Source of the DNA: Spirochaetia bacterium
Lineage (GTDB): Bacteria; Spirochaetota; Spirochaetia; WTKD01; G963693115
DNA: 64,000 nucleotides
Direction: 5' to 3'
Assembly: GCA_965196605.1 (NCBI GenBank)
Contig: CBDAKK010000003.1
Coordinates: forward strand, 16,821-80,820
Part shown: positions 1 through 8,568 of the stretch, piece after piece
Numbering within the stretch: the first letter of the stretch is position 1
Layout: each line of letters opens with the position of its first letter
Made by a program: the position numbers and the translations under genes
The notes under the pieces: generated by a model
Databases searched by the model: none
Told to the model about the DNA's origin: nothing
Seen by the model: only the letters and a program-made list of their open reading frames with translations

Positions 1-512
1 GCAAGCGCACAAGAAACACTCGTCCCGCCACCATAGGGGACAAGAACCCATTTATGCAGGGCAGCCAGCTTCATGATTTTACTTACATCCAATTTTTTCT
101 TACAATACAACACGCCATCCGCGTATCTTTCAAGTGTCACCCCATAAAGCACTTTCATTATTTCATCAGCAGTTGTCTGCCCATGACTATGAATACGCCT
201 ATCTTTTTCCTCCTGAGAAAAAGCCTCGCCAAAATTCTTCGTAAGTATACCAATGTGTTCTTTGCTAAATTTAGATTTTGGAAGCGCAGCAAATTTTTCA
301 ACCCGTTTTTCCTTGCTCAAAGTGGAAGCAGTCACTTCTTCGACAAAAGGCACAAAATTTGGCATGTCATAACCGCTTATAGGATATCGATGCCCCGTAA
401 CCGATACGCTGCTGTCTTCAGAATTCAAAACAAACTTTGTATCCAAAAACCCCCATCGGTGATCATGCAGAGCATCGCTCAAAGTAAAACTTGTACCATT
501 ATCGTTTTTCAT
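1..512 (-). CDS. FAD-linked oxidase, alkyl-dihydroxyacetonephosphate synthase (AGPS)-like; partial, the 3' end runs off the window
   Basis: Minus-strand ORF not in the supplied track because it has no stop inside the window. ATG at 512..510 gives MKNDNGTSFTLSDALHDHRWGFLDTKF...VTGHRYPISG...HSHGQTTADEI...VLVPYGGGTSVS. These segments match AGPS hallmarks (RWNGWGYNDSKF, LTGKRYPLSG, IIPIGGGTSVS, the FAD-binding PCMH domain). It starts 5 bp downstream of the HMG-CoA reductase stop. Confidence 0.6.
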   Translation of the reverse strand, partial: MKNDNGTSFTLSDALHDHRWGFLDTKFVLNSEDSSVSVTGHRYPISGYDMPNFVPFVEEVTASTLSKEKRVEKFAALPKSKFSKEHIGILTKNFGEAFSQEEKDRRIHSHGQTTADEIMKVLYGVTLERYADGVLYCKKKLDVSKIMKLAALHKWVLVPYGGGTSVSCAL

Positions 513-516
513 GTTT

Positions 517-1719
517 TTAGGTCCTTCCAAATTTTTGATGAGACTCTGCAAATGTGTTAGAAATAATCGCAGATAAGAGTGAAAGCTCCAAGCAAAGTGC
601 AGCACCGCCTATAATTTCAGCAAGTTTCTTTGCAGAATTTTCACCTTCAACACAGCCTAATAATTCCAAATTTCGCTTTTGAGATGGCAAGCGGGTTCCG
701 CCTCCCACAGTCCCAACTGTCAAAGACGGAAGGGTAAGAAAAATAGTTATGCTGTCATCATCGTTTTTTTTGTAATCTAAATTCCCTACGGAATTTTCTG
801 CAACGCAGCCCATGTCTTGTCCCGTCGCCAAATATATTGATGCAATGGCATTGGCAATATGCAAATTAGAGCCCAAGAGGCCTGTAAATTGACCTACCGC
901 AATTGCCGAATGGACAAATGTTATAAGCTGCTCCACGTCTATGCCGAGGAGCATTTTAAGTGTTTTTTTCGATATACGAGACTCTGCAATAATAGAATGT
1001 CCCCGTCCCTCCACAAGGGTGCGGCGACTCGCTTTTTTGTCACAATTAAATCCGGATTCCAGATAATAATTTCTCATAGAAAAGTGCTTCTGAATATATT
1101 CACACGCAGCCTTTGATGCTATGGTCACCATGTTTTGCCCCGCGGCATTGCCGGTAGAAAAAACCATGTCAAGCACCACCGAGGTATGAATAGGAAGTTT
1201 TTTTATTTCAAGTAATTTTCCATGGCGAGTAGTTGATTCTGCAGCAGCTTTTATACCTTCGTAATGTGCATCGACAAAATCAAAAAAGCTTTTTATGTCC
1301 GACACCTTGTGTAACATAAACATGGGCGCTCTACTCACGCGCTGCCCCATGTGGCGCACCGTTATTCCATGTTCAGCAGTAGCCATCATGCCACGAGTGA
1401 GGGAATACACCAAAGTGCCTTCGACCGTACAAACAGGAACAATAAAAGCACCCTGCGCATACTCTCCATGAAGCACCAGTGGTGAAGCCACAGCCGTAGG
1501 TAATGCTTGATAACTAACGTATTGCTCAATAATGCCCTTAAGGTTTTCAGGCTTTTCAGTCAATGCAGGAGCGTAATCTATAGCTTTGTGCTTTTTAATA
1601 AAATCTATTCTCTTCTGCGTATCACTATTTGTCCACCCTCGAGGAGGAGCACTCATCCGCGCATTTTGCATGCTTTTCATTATATAACAAAGTCCACCAG
1701 CATTCATGTGCTGTAGCAA
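517..1719 (-). CDS. hydroxymethylglutaryl-CoA reductase (mevalonate pathway)
   Basis: 400 aa ORF with motifs STGNAAGQNM and TVGTVGGGT, typical of HMG-CoA reductases. Confidence 0.8.
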   Translation of the reverse strand: MLQHMNAGGLCYIMKSMQNARMSAPPRGWTNSDTQKRIDFIKKHKAIDYAPALTEKPENLKGIIEQYVSYQALPTAVASPLVLHGEYAQGAFIVPVCTVEGTLVYSLTRGMMATAEHGITVRHMGQRVSRAPMFMLHKVSDIKSFFDFVDAHYEGIKAAAESTTRHGKLLEIKKLPIHTSVVLDMVFSTGNAAGQNMVTIASKAACEYIQKHFSMRNYYLESGFNCDKKASRRTLVEGRGHSIIAESRISKKTLKMLLGIDVEQLITFVHSAIAVGQFTGLLGSNLHIANAIASIYLATGQDMGCVAENSVGNLDYKKNDDDSITIFLTLPSLTVGTVGGGTRLPSQKRNLELLGCVEGENSAKKLAEIIGGAALCLELSLLSAIISNTFAESHQKFGRT

Positions 1720-1727
1720 TATTTCAT

Positions 1728-2552
1728 TTATGATAAGGAGCTATAAAACTGCGTCAGTACCGTGCGTAATTCCGCTGGCCTTTCAAGATGTAGCACATGT
1801 CCCGCATCAATCTCTTCTAGCTCCCACGATGGGAAAAAGTGCTCTATAGCCGCAAAATATTCGGGAAGCATATATTCAGAGCCTAAGGCACGCACAAACA
1901 AGGTTGGCCCACCAAAGTGTTTACCCTTTAGCTGATCCTCAGGGAAAGCACGCAATGCGTCGTAGTAGTTTTGCAAGGGTCGAGTTTGCACGCATAAGGA
2001 AAACTTCCCCGCTTCATTGGCAACAACATTTTTCATCAAAAACCCCACGACAAGCGGGTCGGAAATTTCTTGTTGAATAAGAGCACGCGCTTCTTCCCGT
2101 GAAGTCAACGTAGGCATGGCCTCAGAAAGGCGTACTAATGCATGAAGCTCTTTTGCATGAAATGGCGGGTATTCCACCGGAGCTATGTCGAGAACCACTA
2201 AGGACGCTATAGTGTTGGGGTACAGCATGGCATAAACCCCTGCTAATTTTCCGCCCAGAGAATGCCCAAGAATGTGTACGCTATCCACAGTTCCCAACAC
2301 ATCTCGCTCAAGGCTCGCGTGAAGCATGCGTGCCATAGCAATGAACGTGCATTCCTCTAACAGGGGAGACCTTCCGTGATTTGGCAAGTCGTACGATATG
2401 GTGCTGAGACCATTTATAGCGAGCATTGCCTCTACAGACTTAAGATTATCAGAGGACCCAAAAAGTCCATGCAACAAGACGCAACAGGAGCGCCTCTCCA
2501 CATGGCGGAAATGCCCGTCAGCAAGGCGCTGAGAGGTGTACAAAAACTCCAT
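1728..2552 (-). CDS. alpha/beta-fold hydrolase
   Basis: 274 aa with nucleophile elbow HILGHSLGG. Confidence 0.6.
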   Translation of the reverse strand: MEFLYTSQRLADGHFRHVERRSCCVLLHGLFGSSDNLKSVEAMLAINGLSTISYDLPNHGRSPLLEECTFIAMARMLHASLERDVLGTVDSVHILGHSLGGKLAGVYAMLYPNTIASLVVLDIAPVEYPPFHAKELHALVRLSEAMPTLTSREEARALIQQEISDPLVVGFLMKNVVANEAGKFSLCVQTRPLQNYYDALRAFPEDQLKGKHFGGPTLFVRALGSEYMLPEYFAAIEHFFPSWELEEIDAGHVLHLERPAELRTVLTQFYSSLS

Positions 2553-2558
2553 GTACTA

Positions 2559-3629
2559 TTATTTAGTGTGCTTGCGCTTTTTCTTACTAAGAATTTGTTG
2601 ACGAATTTTTTCAGCCTTGGTAGTTACCAGTGACTGAGCAGATGCTACAGCGGCATCACTATTCTGTGTGCCAGATTCTGTGTCAATGCTCTGTGTTACT
2701 TCACCTTGTTGAAGACCTGCTTGTTCTGTGACCTGAGCAAGCTTTTCTCCACCAAATACATACAACATGGGAGTAGCAATAAAAACGGATGACCACACGC
2801 CTTCTATCAAGCCAACAAGCAAGGTGAGTGCAAAAATTTGCACGTTGCCCGTTGCAAAAACATAGAGAGCAAGCACTGCAAGCACCGTAGTCAATGATGT
2901 AATAACCGTACGCGATAGGGTGCTTGTAATACTGGTGTCGGTTATGGTTCGCAAATGCGCGCCCTTCATTAAGGAAATATTCTCACGTATTCTGTCAAAT
3001 ATAACAATGGTGTCATTAAGCGAGTACCCCACAATGGTAAGCACCGCTGCAACGGTAGAAACACTTACTTCTATTTGAAAGGCACCAATAAAGCCCAATA
3101 CAAACAAGGTGTCATGTAACAAGGCAGCAATAGCCGCAAGCGCAAAGCGAAATTTGAAGCGCAGGCCTAGATATACCAAAATGAGCAACATTGCCACAGA
3201 AGTAAGAAACAACGAGGAGCGAAGTAAGTTGCTGGAAATTGTCCCCGCAATAAAGGAAGAACTCAAAATTTCTACTGTCGTGAAGCGCTTTACAAGCATG
3301 TCCTGCAAACTCGTAAATTGCTGCTGCTGTTCGTTTTCTTTTGACGCCACCTTTATGTTGAAAGTCTTATCAGTAGCGTTGTTCACACGCGTTACCAAAA
3401 CCTTGGGAAATGCCGCTACAAGCGCTTGCGTCACTTCTGCAGGAGAGTCTGCGCTGGGAATAGAAGCGACAACATTTTGCCCTGAACGAAAATCTATACC
3501 TAAATTAAAACCACCTTTGAAAACAGTGATGCCCACAAGGACACTGGTAACAATTATGGATAAAACAAGGGCTAGGGTGTTATACTTTGAAAATACAATT
3601 GCTTTCTTCATTATCGTATTTTCCTCCAC
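2559..3629 (-). CDS. secF: protein-export membrane protein SecF
   Basis: N-terminal TM segment followed by GIDFRSGQ, and multi-TM C-terminal half. Located immediately downstream of secD. Has a hydrophilic C-terminal extension. Confidence 0.8.
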   Translation of the reverse strand: MEENTIMKKAIVFSKYNTLALVLSIIVTSVLVGITVFKGGFNLGIDFRSGQNVVASIPSADSPAEVTQALVAAFPKVLVTRVNNATDKTFNIKVASKENEQQQQFTSLQDMLVKRFTTVEILSSSFIAGTISSNLLRSSLFLTSVAMLLILVYLGLRFKFRFALAAIAALLHDTLFVLGFIGAFQIEVSVSTVAAVLTIVGYSLNDTIVIFDRIRENISLMKGAHLRTITDTSITSTLSRTVITSLTTVLAVLALYVFATGNVQIFALTLLVGLIEGVWSSVFIATPMLYVFGGEKLAQVTEQAGLQQGEVTQSIDTESGTQNSDAAVASAQSLVTTKAEKIRQQILSKKKRKHTK

Positions 3630-5377
3630 GTGATTGAGAGCGTTTTCTTACGAAATACATCCGTTGCAATATCAAAGAAAAACCGAGAGACAAAGAGTGC
3701 GGAAATAAGCGTGGTGACAATGCCTGCAGAAAGCGTTACCGCAAAGCCCTGCACAGGCCCTGAGGCAATTTGCGAGACAAAAAAGGCTGCAATAAACGTT
3801 GTAATATTTGCATCAATAATAGTCAAAAATGCCTTTTGAAATCCATTTTCTATGGCAGCACGACGCGCCTTGCCCGCCAAGAGTTCTTCTTTAATGCGCT
3901 CGTACACAAGCACATTGGCGTCAACCGCCATACCAATGGTAAGAATAATACCTGCTATGCCAGTAAGTGTAACCGTAAAATTAAAAGACGCTAAAATTGC
4001 CAAGAGAAAGAGCAAGTTAAAGGCTAAAGACAAAACAGAAATAATGCCCGCACCGCGATAATACGCAATCATAAAAAATACGACAAGCACCAGCGCAACT
4101 ATCATGGCGCGCAAGCCTGCATCTATTACTGCACGTCCCAAGGTCGGTCCCACTACCTGCTGGTTTACAATAAGCAATTTCACCGGCAAAATAGCGGTTT
4201 TCAAAATCGTCGCAATGTCTTGCGCCTTTTCCCTAGTAAAACCGGTAATAATCGCGCGCCCATCATTAATTGGGGTAGCTGGCAGCACGGCAGCCGTTCG
4301 CACCTTGTCATCAAGCACTATTGCCATAGACTTATTGCGATATTCACCGCTAAGCTTAGAAAAACGCTCCGCGCCTTCACTGTTTAGCTCAAACGCAACC
4401 ACCGGTCTATTGCTCAGCGGGTCGCTTGTAACCTGCGCCTGATCTAGGTATTCACCCTTTATTCCATAAGTATCCACGTCCTTGTAGACTGCAATCCATC
4501 GTTGAAATTTATCGAGTCCAAATTCATCTCTTGTCACGTATTCAATAACTTCAGCTCCTGCAGAAACAAATTCCGGCGGGTTTTCTGGGTCATAAACCCA
4601 TGAGGGGTTTGTCGATTGTATGTTGATGAGTTCTTGCGTAGCTTCCTCATGCACAATTCTAAAAGACATAGAGCCCTTGCCTTGAATAAAGCTATTCACG
4701 CGCTCCCTATCATTGTCCCCCGGAATTTCCACAAGTATTCCATCATCATTTTGGCGGCGTATTTTCGGCTCGCTCACACCAAAACGGTCTATGCGGCTTT
4801 GCAAAACAACAATTGCGCGATTTATCGCATCGATAATATCGCTTTGTTTTGGCGCATACCCAAGACGCTTTTCTAAGTCTGCCTTATCAACCTGTAGCGT
4901 GACGCTCATGCCCCCTGAAAGGTCGAGCCCTAAATTGATGATTCGCGCCTTTTGTTCTTTAAGCTTTATAACGGCACTTCGGTAAAAACTCACAAGATTG
5001 TCAAAAACATCTCGTTTTTCATCAAAAACAGAAAAGACTTCTTGAGCAGTAGCATCTTTTTTAAGTGGCTTTTTTACTTCCTTGGCACGCTCATACGCAT
5101 TGTCTACCAGGGCTTCAATACCAAGGCTATTATACGGCTCCTCCGTAATAACCTCGCTCATTACCACATTTTCCTTTTCGCGCAACATAGCCTCTAAAAT
5201 GTCAGAGTCTTTTTGCGCTTGCTTCAGTGCGTAATTACGCACCTCCTCACGAGGACTTGCCGCACGCTGCTTTTGAGCAAGAGGCAAGAGAAAGTACCAA
5301 CGCATGGTAGGATACAAAGAGGCCGCGCACAAAACGACCATAAAGACTATTAGTGCAAATCGAAAGCGTTTACTCAT
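3611..5377 (-). CDS. secD: protein-export membrane protein SecD
   Basis: 588 aa with LGLDLSGGMSVTLQVD and six C-terminal TM segments. Order is yajC-secD-secF. Confidence 0.85.
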   Translation of the reverse strand: MSKRFRFALIVFMVVLCAASLYPTMRWYFLLPLAQKQRAASPREEVRNYALKQAQKDSDILEAMLREKENVVMSEVITEEPYNSLGIEALVDNAYERAKEVKKPLKKDATAQEVFSVFDEKRDVFDNLVSFYRSAVIKLKEQKARIINLGLDLSGGMSVTLQVDKADLEKRLGYAPKQSDIIDAINRAIVVLQSRIDRFGVSEPKIRRQNDDGILVEIPGDNDRERVNSFIQGKGSMSFRIVHEEATQELINIQSTNPSWVYDPENPPEFVSAGAEVIEYVTRDEFGLDKFQRWIAVYKDVDTYGIKGEYLDQAQVTSDPLSNRPVVAFELNSEGAERFSKLSGEYRNKSMAIVLDDKVRTAAVLPATPINDGRAIITGFTREKAQDIATILKTAILPVKLLIVNQQVVGPTLGRAVIDAGLRAMIVALVLVVFFMIAYYRGAGIISVLSLAFNLLFLLAILASFNFTVTLTGIAGIILTIGMAVDANVLVYERIKEELLAGKARRAAIENGFQKAFLTIIDANITTFIAAFFVSQIASGPVQGFAVTLSAGIVTTLISALFVSRFFFDIATDVFRKKTLSITWRKIR

Positions 5378-5424
5378 AATTTACCGTACAGACGCGCTAC
5401 AGACAAAAATTTACACGCGTAACC

Positions 5425-5976
5425 TTACGCCTTAGTTGCGCTTGTTTTTTTACGCGTTGTACTAGTTTTGCTCGTTTTAGCAGTTGTGCTTGTCTTTTTC
5501 TTTGGCGCAGGCTTTGCTGCAGCCTTACTTTCAACAATCTGCTTCTGCTCATCAGCAGCAGGCTTTGCTGCCTCTTTTTGTTTTGCTTGCCCCGCATCCG
5601 AATTATTAGACTTTGGAAAAACCGTACCAATGGCTTCCTTGCTAAACTTAATTTTAGCGTTGTCGTCTACCTTAACTATGACATACGTCTGTTCAACGTG
5701 TGCAACCGTGCCGTGTATACCACCTATGGTCGCTATTTTGTCTCCCGGATTAAGCATTTCCAGTTGCTGCCTATGCTGCTTTTTGCGCCGCGACTGCGGA
5801 CGAATGAGCACCGTATACATAACAAGAAATAACAAGCCAAATGTAACCAAGCTCACAACGGAAGAACCTCCCGATGCACCTCCAGCTCCCGAGGGTGGAG
5901 CTGCTAATAATAATGTAAAGTCATGAACATTCATAGTACCGTTCCTTTGAATTATCGAAATATTGTAGGCAAACAT
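5425..5976 (-). CDS. yajC: preprotein translocase subunit YajC with an unusually long lysine/alanine-rich C-terminal tail
   Basis: Single TM segment plus YajC core (PGDKIATIGGIHGTV), upstream of secD. The roughly 70 aa C-terminal tail is rich in KAAK/KKTS repeats. The start may be the internal Met MNVHDF. Confidence 0.65.
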   Translation of the reverse strand: MFAYNISIIQRNGTMNVHDFTLLLAAPPSGAGGASGGSSVVSLVTFGLLFLVMYTVLIRPQSRRKKQHRQQLEMLNPGDKIATIGGIHGTVAHVEQTYVIVKVDDNAKIKFSKEAIGTVFPKSNNSDAGQAKQKEAAKPAADEQKQIVESKAAAKPAPKKKTSTTAKTSKTSTTRKKTSATKA

Positions 5977-6077
5977 AGCCTACAACACCACATCTACCAT
6001 ACCGCCTAAAACTATGTAGGCTTAAGCAAATACAACACATGACCTAGGGTCATCATTGTATCTACCTTTATAAGCAA

Positions 6078-6151
6078 TGGAGGTAATCGGATTCGAACCG
6101 ATGACCCCTAGAATGCAAATCTAGTGCTCTAGCCAACTGAGCTATACCCCC
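6078..6151 (-). tRNA. tRNA-Ala(TGC)
   Basis: Reverse complement folds as a cloverleaf: acceptor stem GGGGGTA/TACCTCC with a G3:U70 pair (alanine identity element), D-arm GCTC/GAGC, anticodon stem CTAGA/TCTAG with loop TTTGCAT (anticodon TGC), T-arm ATCGG-TTCGAAT-CCGAT. CCA is not encoded. Confidence 0.85.
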
Positions 6152-6642
6152 AATCCTTTTGAATTTTTATAATACTAAATGCTTTCTCAAATGTCAACAC
6201 AATATGTGATATTGAGGCAAGGTTGCTTTTGTGGAGAGAGTGCCTCACACCCTCAAGCATTGAGTGAACGCCATAGAAAAGAGAAAAAAACCTCCTATGA
6301 AGCTAACGCCATAGAGACAAGACACAAGCGCAACTATGAAGGAAGTACCAAAACACAAGCGAAGGGATGCAAACTATTACATAAGCGCCGCGGTGTGGCG
6401 CAAACATGGAGATTGCGTCAAAGACTTCCCCGTAATAAGACGATGCTTACAATTTATGTGTGCAGTCGAAAAGGTGCGTTAACGTAGCAAAAAGCAAACC
6501 GAGTATCAAGTACAGTTACTACTAAACAATCGCTAGATAAGCGACTTGACTTTTGCTCTCCTTTCAACGTTTTTCTGTTGCGCGCAGCTACTTACATCCA
6601 TTTTTTTGTAAAAAAAACAAAAATGACTATACATAATATACC

Positions 6643-7848
6643 ATGATTTATCAAAAGAAAATTTTTAGGAATATATCCCAAATATCATTCATAAGCGCAT
6701 TTACGCTTATATCGTTTATTATTACTAGTTGTGATTTTGATAAGCCTATACCCTCAAATAATGGCAGTGATAAAAAAGCCGTTTATGATAATAATAAACT
6801 CTACGCTGCCATAGGATTTAATCCTAACACCTCCCACCTTACAGGAAAAAATGTTCAAATTGCAATATTGGAAGGCGACGCTCGCTATATTATTGATGAT
6901 GACGTAACTTATATGCAATTCAAAAATAGGTCATTAGGTGTTTTTGAAGGCAAGCTTTACCTGCTCAAAGAAGCGCGAGAGAGATTTTTCCATGCAACAG
7001 CAGTCGCCTCAGTTTTGGCAAGTAAAAACATAGGAATAGCTCGTGGAATAACCTTCTATCCAATGAGTACGGCAGCGCACACTATTGCTGATGTTTACTC
7101 CACAATAAAAGGCTATAATATCCTTGCTATTAATAACAGTTGGGGCAGCCATGCAAAATGGTCACATGCTATTACATTCATAAAAAATGACACGCAATAT
7201 TGGGATAAAGAATGGATAGATTCTGTAGGCAGAAAACTTAACTGGCCTCGTAGCGAAAAAAAGAGAAAATTAGATGCATTTGCCAACGATATGGAAAACA
7301 ACAAGGACAGAGCACCCCTGTGGGTTTGGGCAGCTGGAAATGTAACTTATGGTCGTCCTTGGGGAAGGCTAGATGATGTAAGATATTCTGCTGGATTACC
7401 TTACTATATTAAAAGTCTAGAAAAATATTGGATTGCCGTGGCGGGAGTCAGATTTAATGGCTCGTATTCTTCGCTATTTCCTTGTTCAAGAATGAAAACA
7501 TGGTGTTTGGCTGCTCCAGCAATAAACGTAAATATACAATCAGGAGGAAAAAAGGATGTTAAAACCGGTACGTCGTTTGCTGCTCCTCAAGTAACAGCAG
7601 CATTGGCATTGTTGCAAGAAAAATGTCCTAGTTCCTCACAATTTGAAATACGAGACATACTTTTACGAACTGCCCGTCATGAGACTGCAAATGGTTACCG
7701 TCTGAAGGCTAAAGACGGCAGCGTTGTAAAAACAACGCAAATAGCGGTTACAACTGCAAACGGCACACAAGAAGAAAGAGCGTTATCTTACGAATATGGG
7801 CATGGCATTCTGCGCTTAGATTTGGCACTGAAGCAACCTTGTCGCTAA
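6643..7848 (+). CDS. S8 family (subtilisin-like) serine peptidase, probable lipoprotein
   Basis: Signal peptide with lipobox ITSC. S8 active-site Ser motif GTSFAAPQVTAA, His region FHATAVASV. AT-rich relative to the flanking genes. Confidence 0.65.
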   Translation: MIYQKKIFRNISQISFISAFTLISFIITSCDFDKPIPSNNGSDKKAVYDNNKLYAAIGFNPNTSHLTGKNVQIAILEGDARYIIDDDVTYMQFKNRSLGVFEGKLYLLKEARERFFHATAVASVLASKNIGIARGITFYPMSTAAHTIADVYSTIKGYNILAINNSWGSHAKWSHAITFIKNDTQYWDKEWIDSVGRKLNWPRSEKKRKLDAFANDMENNKDRAPLWVWAAGNVTYGRPWGRLDDVRYSAGLPYYIKSLEKYWIAVAGVRFNGSYSSLFPCSRMKTWCLAAPAINVNIQSGGKKDVKTGTSFAAPQVTAALALLQEKCPSSSQFEIRDILLRTARHETANGYRLKAKDGSVVKTTQIAVTTANGTQEERALSYEYGHGILRLDLALKQPCR

Positions 7849-7917
7849 AAGCTTCAATTCCATTGAGCGTATACGTAGCATCTTGTTACTGTATCAATGT
7901 TGTAGCACGCACTAAAA

Positions 7918-8568
7918 CTAACACACCGTGTAAAAATGCAAGCTTGAGCTGCCGACAGCTCTGGTGTCTGCTTTGCGCAGTTCGCCATAAGAGTCATGCA
8001 GTTTTTCAGGCGTAGGAGTGTGTATTACCACAATGCTTGTAGGCTTAAGCAACGCGCTCTGCGCTATTTTGCGTAGCAAGTCACCCTTGTGGGCGTACGC
8101 AAAGGGCGGGTCACAATAAACAATGTCATGCGTTTTTTTGTGCTTCACGATAAAGCGTTCAGCTTTGTCTTTGTACAGAAACACCCTTTTTGGGCGCGCT
8201 TGACCCGTACCACAAAGTAAGTTTATGTTTTTAAGCAGCGTAGGCCACTTGCGCGCGTCGCTTTCTACCGCAACAGCATGCGCAGCGCCGCGTGAAATAA
8301 ACTCCAAGGCCATAAGCGCCGAACCCGAAAACATGTCAACAATGGAGCATCCCTCAAAGGCCGTGTGCGCATTTGTGCTTTCTGCATGAGCTTGTACCCC
8401 GCCGGTGCGCGCAAGCATGTTAGCAAGCACTTGAAAAAGCACCTCGCGCATCACAGACACTGCAGGGCGTATTTCACCCGGCGGGCAGGCAATGCGCGTG
8501 CCTTTATGCGCGCCTCCAGAAATAATAAGAGAACCCTTCATAATAGCGCTACACCAGCGCATGCCCAC
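7918..8568 (-). CDS. rsmD: 16S rRNA (guanine966-N2)-methyltransferase RsmD
   Basis: 216 aa with DPPF motif (VYCDPPFAY) and a Rossmann methyltransferase fold. Confidence 0.7.
   Translation of the reverse strand: MGMRWCSAIMKGSLIISGGAHKGTRIACPPGEIRPAVSVMREVLFQVLANMLARTGGVQAHAESTNAHTAFEGCSIVDMFSGSALMALEFISRGAAHAVAVESDARKWPTLLKNINLLCGTGQARPKRVFLYKDKAERFIVKHKKTHDIVYCDPPFAYAHKGDLLRKIAQSALLKPTSIVVIHTPTPEKLHDSYGELRKADTRAVGSSSLHFYTVC

Noticed and set aside
54-560. 168-aa plus-strand ORF at the window start
   Set aside because: Low-complexity F/K-rich translation, lying antisense to the AGPS-like ORF (1..512) and the HMG-CoA reductase stop. Shadow ORF.
3109-5197. Multiple plus-strand ORFs inside secD/secF (3109..3633, 4104..4442 and others)
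   Set aside because: They lie antisense to strongly supported sec genes and have no independent support.
6179-6487. 102-aa ORF downstream of tRNA-Ala
   Set aside because: No ribosome-binding site, arginine- and lysine-rich low-complexity translation in a GC-neutral intergenic stretch. Likely spurious.
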